Origin: an uncultured virus (IMG/VR IMGVR_UViG_3300016472_001133)
Taxonomy: Duplodnaviria; Heunggongvirae; Uroviricota; Caudoviricetes
Virus record (IMG/VR): IMGVR_UViG_3300016472_001133
Direction: 5' to 3' (one strand)
DNA length: 20,000 nucleotides
In this document: piece after piece, positions 15,345-20,000 of the stretch
Numbering within the stretch: the first letter of the stretch is position 1
Layout of the letters: every line of letters starts with the position of its first letter
Notes under the pieces: generated by a model
What the model saw: the letters and a program-made list of their open reading frames with translations, nothing else
The model's database searches: none
Told to the model about the DNA's origin: nothing
Translations under genes and position numbers: made by a program

Positions 15345-16178
15345 TTAAATCGATATCAAACTTGCTAACTGAGGATTTCCGTAAATAGCTTTTCCGACTT
15401 TAACGTTTAAGTTATTTAGCAAATCATCGTCATAATAACTATGAACGTGACCAGATAATACTGTAAACTTAACGTGTGGATATGTTTTTGCAGCAGCAAA
15501 CAAAGTATCTCCCATGATCTTAGAAGTATACCACGGCATAATTTCTAATGAAGACATTCCTTTATATTTTTCAGATGCATTAAAAGTCTCTTTAAATGGA
15601 GGAACATGAGTCATTATGATGATATGTTCACTTTCTTTAACAATAGACTTAATAGAATTTGCTACATGGTTCGCTGCAAGTTGCGCTAACTTTTGTGAAA
15701 TATTGATGATAACGTTTTTATTTAAAGTCTTTCCACCAAAAGAAGATCTTAACGCTGCATTATAATCAGCTATTTGAATCCAATCATTCATCAACAAAGA
15801 ATCGCTGTACGGATTACCATTTTGGGCATCATACCATCCATCGTGTCCAATCAAATATGTTCCTTCTTCTAATTTTACGTAAGGAACGGATGTCATATAT
15901 CTTAAAAAAGATGAAGAATTACAATAATTCACGACGTTTCTTCTTACTGTCGATATATTAGATCCGTAATAGTCATGATTTCCAAGAACGAAATAAATTG
16001 GTTTATTAAACCCAATTTCAAGAGCAGACAGATGCTGCGTTAAGGTATTAGAAACTGATATGTCTCCAGTGATTAATATTGCATCAGCTTCATGACTAGA
16101 CATCGACATTGACAAGATTTTATTAAAAATATCTCCTGCCATATCGAGATGAATATCAGTCATCCATGCTAAACGCAT
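15345..16178 (-). CDS. Calcineurin-like metallophosphoesterase
   Basis: TDIH, TGD, GNHD, THVPP and SGHVH motifs. Confidence 0.9.
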   Translation of the reverse strand: MRLAWMTDIHLDMAGDIFNKILSMSMSSHEADAILITGDISVSNTLTQHLSALEIGFNKPIYFVLGNHDYYGSNISTVRRNVVNYCNSSSFLRYMTSVPYVKLEEGTYLIGHDGWYDAQNGNPYSDSLLMNDWIQIADYNAALRSSFGGKTLNKNVIINISQKLAQLAANHVANSIKSIVKESEHIIIMTHVPPFKETFNASEKYKGMSSLEIMPWYTSKIMGDTLFAAAKTYPHVKFTVLSGHVHSYYDDDLLNNLNVKVGKAIYGNPQLASLISI

Positions 16179-16606
16179 CGAATTACTCCCATCTTCGTCT
16201 TTCTTTCATCATTGCATTTGTCACAAAGAGTTTTTATCCATGAACCTTTGCGCGGATCACCTGGACAACCACATTCTTCACAAATGCGATGTGATATCGA
16301 TTCAGCCATCGAAACCATACCTTCGATGACATCATCACCTCCGCTGTAATAAAAACGAAGAGTGCCAAATTTTTCTTTGACCTGGTCTGCAACAACCTGT
16401 AGAGATTCTTTCTCTTCTTCTGATAGATCTTTAGACTTCCAGTCTACATGATTTTGTATTTCGTGACAAAGGATATCGATGATATCAAACCATCCGGATC
16501 CACACTCAAACCCCCAAGCCATACAGGTTTCTTGTATGGATCCGTTTCTGTTTTTGAATATCTTGGGATATTTTTCGCAAAGAACTTTATCTTCTTCTTC
16601 TGTCAT
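16169..16606 (-). CDS. Hypothetical phage protein with C-terminal zinc finger
   Basis: ECGSGW, QVKEKFGTLRFY and CEECG...TLCDKC. Confidence 0.7.
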   Translation of the reverse strand: MTEEEDKVLCEKYPKIFKNRNGSIQETCMAWGFECGSGWFDIIDILCHEIQNHVDWKSKDLSEEEKESLQVVADQVKEKFGTLRFYYSGGDDVIEGMVSMAESISHRICEECGCPGDPRKGSWIKTLCDKCNDERKTKMGVIRCV

Positions 16607-16618
16607 ATAATGATCAAC

Positions 16619-16647
16619 ATTGTATACAACATTGAAATATTATACAA
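16619..16647 (-). promoter_or_regulatory. Sigma70-like promoter
   Basis: TTGTAT-17 nt-TACAAT, 12 nt upstream of ATG 16606. Confidence 0.45.
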
Positions 16648-16669
16648 AGATAAAGTTCTAATTAACTAA

Positions 16670-17191
16670 TCAGCCGCCAATGCCCATAAGAGCGGCAGCT
16701 AAAGCGTTTGATACGACTGCTTCAGCTTCAGCCTTTGCTGAAGCCTCATCCTTTCCAGCGGCAACTTCTTTTTGAATGATTATAGCAACTTGATTCTTGA
16801 CTTCTTTTTCTAAAGCAGCTTTGATTGTATTCGATGCTGTCATCGCAGCTGCTTTCACGCCGGCGTCTTTGATGTCTTTAATCGCTGCAATTGCATCTTT
16901 TCCTGCAGCGGCGACCGGCGCTGCTAATTTTTGAGCAGCTGCTGCTAGCTGTCCTCCAACTTTAGAAGCTGCTCCTGCAGCTTTTTCTCCAGCTTTCGCT
17001 CCTGCAGCACCGATTCCAGACGCTAATCCCTTGATAGCGCCCAATGCGTTGGTAAAAAATCCTTCATTGACAATTTCTTCTGCCAAGTACATCGCGCGAG
17101 CTTCAGACATAATCTCACCGGGCATCACGGGGGTTACTCTGAGGTATTCTTCTTTGATTATTTGACGAAGTTTTGATTCAGTTATTTTCAT
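16670..17191 (-). CDS. Ala/Gly-rich hypothetical protein with N-terminal KITESKLRQIIKEE motif (possible virion protein)
   Basis: Probable start at ATG 17191, with GGAG SD and ATAATTA upstream. Low-complexity helical body. Confidence 0.7.
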   Translation of the reverse strand: MKITESKLRQIIKEEYLRVTPVMPGEIMSEARAMYLAEEIVNEGFFTNALGAIKGLASGIGAAGAKAGEKAAGAASKVGGQLAAAAQKLAAPVAAAGKDAIAAIKDIKDAGVKAAAMTASNTIKAALEKEVKNQVAIIIQKEVAAGKDEASAKAEAEAVVSNALAAALMGIGG

Positions 17192-17234
17192 ATGTATCTC
17201 CAAATTGATACGATTAATTATACATCATAAAAGT

Positions 17235-17261
17235 AAAAAGGCTCGATTTTTTATCGAGCCT
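17235..17261 (-). terminator. Intrinsic terminator after hsp20
   Basis: mRNA AGGCUCGAU-AAAAA-AUCGAGCCU-UUUU. Confidence 0.8.
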
Positions 17262-17284
17262 CGAGCATCAACTGAAAACAACTT

Positions 17285-17644
17285 TTAACCAGAAACGTGA
17301 ATTTTTCTTGCGGTACTCTCTTGTTTCTTTGGTAAAGAAATTGACAAAAGACCGTCTTCAAGCTTTGCAACAATCCCTGATTCATCTACAGTTGATCTTA
17401 AATTGTAAGCATAACTAAATTCTTTTCCATGCCTAGATTTACCTGAAACTTTCAAAGTTCTACCTTCTACCGTTACGTCGACATCCATGGATTTAACACC
17501 GGGTAGTTCAATTTTAATACCTTCTTCATCAATAGAATCTAATTGACGTTGATAACTCGTCATTTCAAAGTCGTTAAAAACCTTAAATGGATCAAGCAAA
17601 TTAAACACAGGTGTGCGAATACTATCGTAGTATCTAGTCAACAT
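17285..17644 (-). CDS. Small heat-shock protein (Hsp20/alpha-crystallin)
   Basis: IELPGV....VDVTVEGRTLKVSG and AKLEDGLLSISLPK, with C-terminal IxV (KIHV). AAGGAG SD. Confidence 0.9.
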   Translation of the reverse strand: MLTRYYDSIRTPVFNLLDPFKVFNDFEMTSYQRQLDSIDEEGIKIELPGVKSMDVDVTVEGRTLKVSGKSRHGKEFSYAYNLRSTVDESGIVAKLEDGLLSISLPKKQESTARKIHVSG

Positions 17645-17749
17645 TTTTCTATCTCCTTTTTATAAAGTCGATGGATTTTGTTGCATTCCATCGTTACGGA
17701 GACATGATAAACATCATTAAAATTTTGAAAAGGGGTAAAAATATTTTTA

Positions 17750-18115
17750 TCAATACCCATTTTTAATTCTGTTTACGTTAGTTTCGCCTTTTTTCATGTA
17801 TGAATCATGAAGCTCATCCAAAGTTATGCCACTAAGAATTGCAATTTCAAAAAAATAATGAAGAGCGTCGACGAGCTCTTCGACATAATGTTCTCTATCA
17901 AACTCTTTCACATCTGTTGCACGATGATCCTTTGAGTTTTTTAATGTCTGGTTAGCTTCGAAGAGCTCATGCATACATTCATGCGTAATTCCTTTAAGAA
18001 GTTTTTGACCAGACTTAGACGTTGGATCAACTGGAAATGGAGGAAAGTCTCGTTGTTGTCGCAACAACTCCATAAATTGTTTTTGTTGCTCCCACATTTC
18101 TTGTAGCTTGTCCAT
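17750..18115 (-). CDS. All-alpha NTP pyrophosphatase (dimeric dUTPase/dCTPase, MazG-like)
   Basis: E..HELFEA...EELVDALHYF acidic metal motifs and Y.KK...N..R...GY tail. Confidence 0.75.
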   Translation of the reverse strand: MDKLQEMWEQQKQFMELLRQQRDFPPFPVDPTSKSGQKLLKGITHECMHELFEANQTLKNSKDHRATDVKEFDREHYVEELVDALHYFFEIAILSGITLDELHDSYMKKGETNVNRIKNGY

Positions 18116-18189
18116 CAATATTCCTTTGTGTTTGAAGCTTTCATGATAACAATGATAGAAAACAATATCATGAATATTGCAAATTTCAT
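18115..18189 (-). CDS. Possible 24-aa hydrophobic microprotein
   Basis: MKFAIFMILFSIIVIMKASNTKEY* fills the intergenic gap, and its TGA overlaps the next ATG (TGATG). Confidence 0.4.
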   Translation of the reverse strand: MKFAIFMILFSIIVIMKASNTKEY

Positions 18190-18196
18190 CGCAGTT

Positions 18197-18460
18197 TCAA
18201 TTCTCAAAAATTAATTTAGGAACATCGGTCAAAGTTTCAGATTGAGACTTTAATTTTTCAGCATCTTCAAGGTATTTCTTATGCTGGGCTTCAACCATTT
18301 TCTCATATTCAGGATGTAAGGTTAACGTATCAGGAGATGACTCGTCGACAGTTAAACGAACCTGTCGCATTAAATCTGCGCCATCTACTCCCATTAAAAC
18401 TGCCTCTTGAAAAATTTGAATAAACCGCATCGCAACTGAATCTGAAATTTTATAGTTCAT
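18197..18460 (-). CDS. Hypothetical protein
   Basis: 87-aa ORF with GAGG SD. Confidence 0.7.
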   Translation of the reverse strand: MNYKISDSVAMRFIQIFQEAVLMGVDGADLMRQVRLTVDESSPDTLTLHPEYEKMVEAQHKKYLEDAEKLKSQSETLTDVPKLIFEN

Positions 18461-18513
18461 AACACCTCTAATTTAATAAATCATACATAAAAAAACTATT
18501 TTGTATTATAAAT

Positions 18514-19107
18514 TTAAGGTCTTTCTAAAATTCCTCTTTCATACAATACATTTCTAATTCTTTTAGAAATTACCTTTTTTTCTTGTCGGCAGTCAATAAG
18601 TGTTGTCGTTTTTGGGTTGTTTTTTGCCCATTTTGCATACTCAATTCTAACATTTTTTTGAAGTTCAGAATCTGCCTCATATGAATCTTCAGCTTCATGA
18701 ACGTGCGAATCTCCATGAAGAATAATCGTATGATCTGGTTCTCTCAACTTTCTAGCTAATTTCATGGTATACTCCAAAGGAACTCCTTCGGCAACGCCAT
18801 ACACTATAGTAGATAAACTCCATCTGTCCATGATGATACAATCATGGTTTTTTTCTAAATGAGGCAATTTAAAAACTTGAAAAATCTTTCTATTCATATA
18901 TTGAAACCATTGAAAGATTTTTGGAAATTTTTTTGCAAGACCATTTTGAAGCATCCAATAAATGATTCTGTACGTTACCGCCGATTTAATTGGTACTTCA
19001 ATAACGATCGAAGAAAATCCTCTTTCTGAAAGTTTTCTTTTCAAAAGACGAGTTTGAGTCTGTTTTCCTACACGATCTGGTCCTTCAATCACGATGATCT
19101 TGCTCAT
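18514..19107 (-). CDS. tmk: Thymidylate kinase
   Basis: IVIEGPDRVGKQTQ P-loop, IMDRWSLSTIVYG and PDHTIIL. Overlaps the thyX end. Confidence 0.85.
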   Translation of the reverse strand: MSKIIVIEGPDRVGKQTQTRLLKRKLSERGFSSIVIEVPIKSAVTYRIIYWMLQNGLAKKFPKIFQWFQYMNRKIFQVFKLPHLEKNHDCIIMDRWSLSTIVYGVAEGVPLEYTMKLARKLREPDHTIILHGDSHVHEAEDSYEADSELQKNVRIEYAKWAKNNPKTTTLIDCRQEKKVISKRIRNVLYERGILERP

Positions 19108-19763
19108 GTAAAAGGCCCTCTCAAATTTCCTTCAATCGTCAATCCAAATGCCTCCATCGTATGATTAAAAGATCCAGTCGAATGAACAAGATCTAACATC
19201 TGTTTTGCGATGTCTCTAATTTCTACTTGGGCGTGTTCTGAATATCGTAATCGAAGAAAGTGGACAAAACTACGAAAATTGAACATGACGTCGGCAGTTA
19301 TCTGATTTCCATAAGGAAGATATAATCGAGCTGATTCCTTAGCTCTCTTCCTACTCATCCCTTTTTGAACCAACCTTTCTAACGTAGAGTGATACTTTTG
19401 TAGGCTGGATTCCATATGTTCGATGTAAATCTCTTGTTCCTCTGAGTCCCAGTCAATCGGAACGTGATATTTGTCTTCCTTAAGCTCTTTATAACGAGCT
19501 GATTCAGCATTAATTGATACGCCGATACGATGCTTCAAGAGATGGATGTGAGAAGCAATGTCTGTGGTTACCAGAAAATGCAGTGAACTCTTTTCAAAAG
19601 GGGTCTCATGTGAATTTTCGGCTAACATTTTAAGTAGCTTTGGAATTCTTTCTCTTTTATCCTCAGTTAGATCTCTTGATGTTGATGTCCATGCTGAAAG
19701 TGCATGAGTTTCGTCAGAACCATAATATCCAATTAATTCAACTTTGTTAGACCTAGGAGGCAT
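19104..19763 (-). CDS. thyX: Flavin-dependent thymidylate synthase
   Basis: HETPFE, HLLKHR..SINAESARY (ThyX motif with KHR), ESARLYLP, NFRSFVHFLRLR, AQVEIR. Confidence 0.92.
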   Translation of the reverse strand: MPPRSNKVELIGYYGSDETHALSAWTSTSRDLTEDKRERIPKLLKMLAENSHETPFEKSSLHFLVTTDIASHIHLLKHRIGVSINAESARYKELKEDKYHVPIDWDSEEQEIYIEHMESSLQKYHSTLERLVQKGMSRKRAKESARLYLPYGNQITADVMFNFRSFVHFLRLRYSEHAQVEIRDIAKQMLDLVHSTGSFNHTMEAFGLTIEGNLRGPFT

Positions 19764-19805
19764 GGGACAATATTACTATGTACTACTTTAATTGAACACA
19801 ACAAT

Positions 19806-20000
19806 TTAAATGAACAGGAAACGTCTGATACTTTGATCAATTACTTCTTTTAATTCTTCTTTAAAGTTTTTTAATTCTCTAATCTCTTCTTCCATATTCG
19901 AAAGAACATTATGCATTTTGATAATCTTCATTCTCATATCAGCTGGATTTGAAGAAGTAGAATTAATATGCATTTTAAAATAATGCTCTAATTGTTCTTT
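19806..20000 (-). CDS. Partial hypothetical coiled-coil protein (5' end outside the window)
   Basis: Open frame KEQLEHYFKMH...MEEEIRELKNFKEELKEVIDQSIRRFLFI* running from the window edge. Confidence 0.6.
   Translation of the reverse strand, partial: KEQLEHYFKMHINSTSSNPADMRMKIIKMHNVLSNMEEEIRELKNFKEELKEVIDQSIRRFLFI

Noticed and set aside
1484..16669. Numerous short antisense or alternate-frame ORFs (e.g. 1484, 1954, 3115, 3394, 4540, 5919, 6517, 10539, 14804, 16448)
   Set aside because: Shadows of well-supported genes, with no independent evidence.
1..20000. CRISPR arrays, tRNA/rRNA genes, IS elements
   Set aside because: None seen by eye. Intergenic gaps are short and explained by promoters, terminators and hairpins.

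Overview
AT-rich, densely coding window, almost all on the minus strand, most consistent with a large (jumbo-type) dsDNA bacteriophage using the standard code 11. It carries a replication and nucleotide-metabolism module: DnaE, ThyX, two dNMP kinases, an IMPDH/GMPR-family enzyme and an all-alpha NTP pyrophosphatase. There is also a candidate DNA-glycosylation cluster, an actin-fold ATPase, Dps-like, Hsp20, HNH and metallophosphoesterase genes, and several probable late/virion proteins sharing an N-terminal motif. The key observation is that dnaE is interrupted twice in its PHP domain. (1) The true start (ATG 9400, missed by the ORF track) reads ...FVGLHAHS, then hits an in-frame TAA. A perfect 12-bp hairpin and a second Ser codon follow, forming a 42-nt coding gap (TCG-TAA...TCA) whose exact removal restores HAHS-GFSTFDG. 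A second strong stem-loop ends at the take-off codon. This looks like a programmed translational-bypass (ribosome hopping) element. (2) The gene is then fractured by a split intein, with a free-standing Vsr-like homing endonuclease between the halves whose Shine-Dalgarno is locked in a hairpin. A full polymerase of about 1197 aa would need both hopping and protein trans-splicing. All family calls are by motif recognition; no database searches were run.
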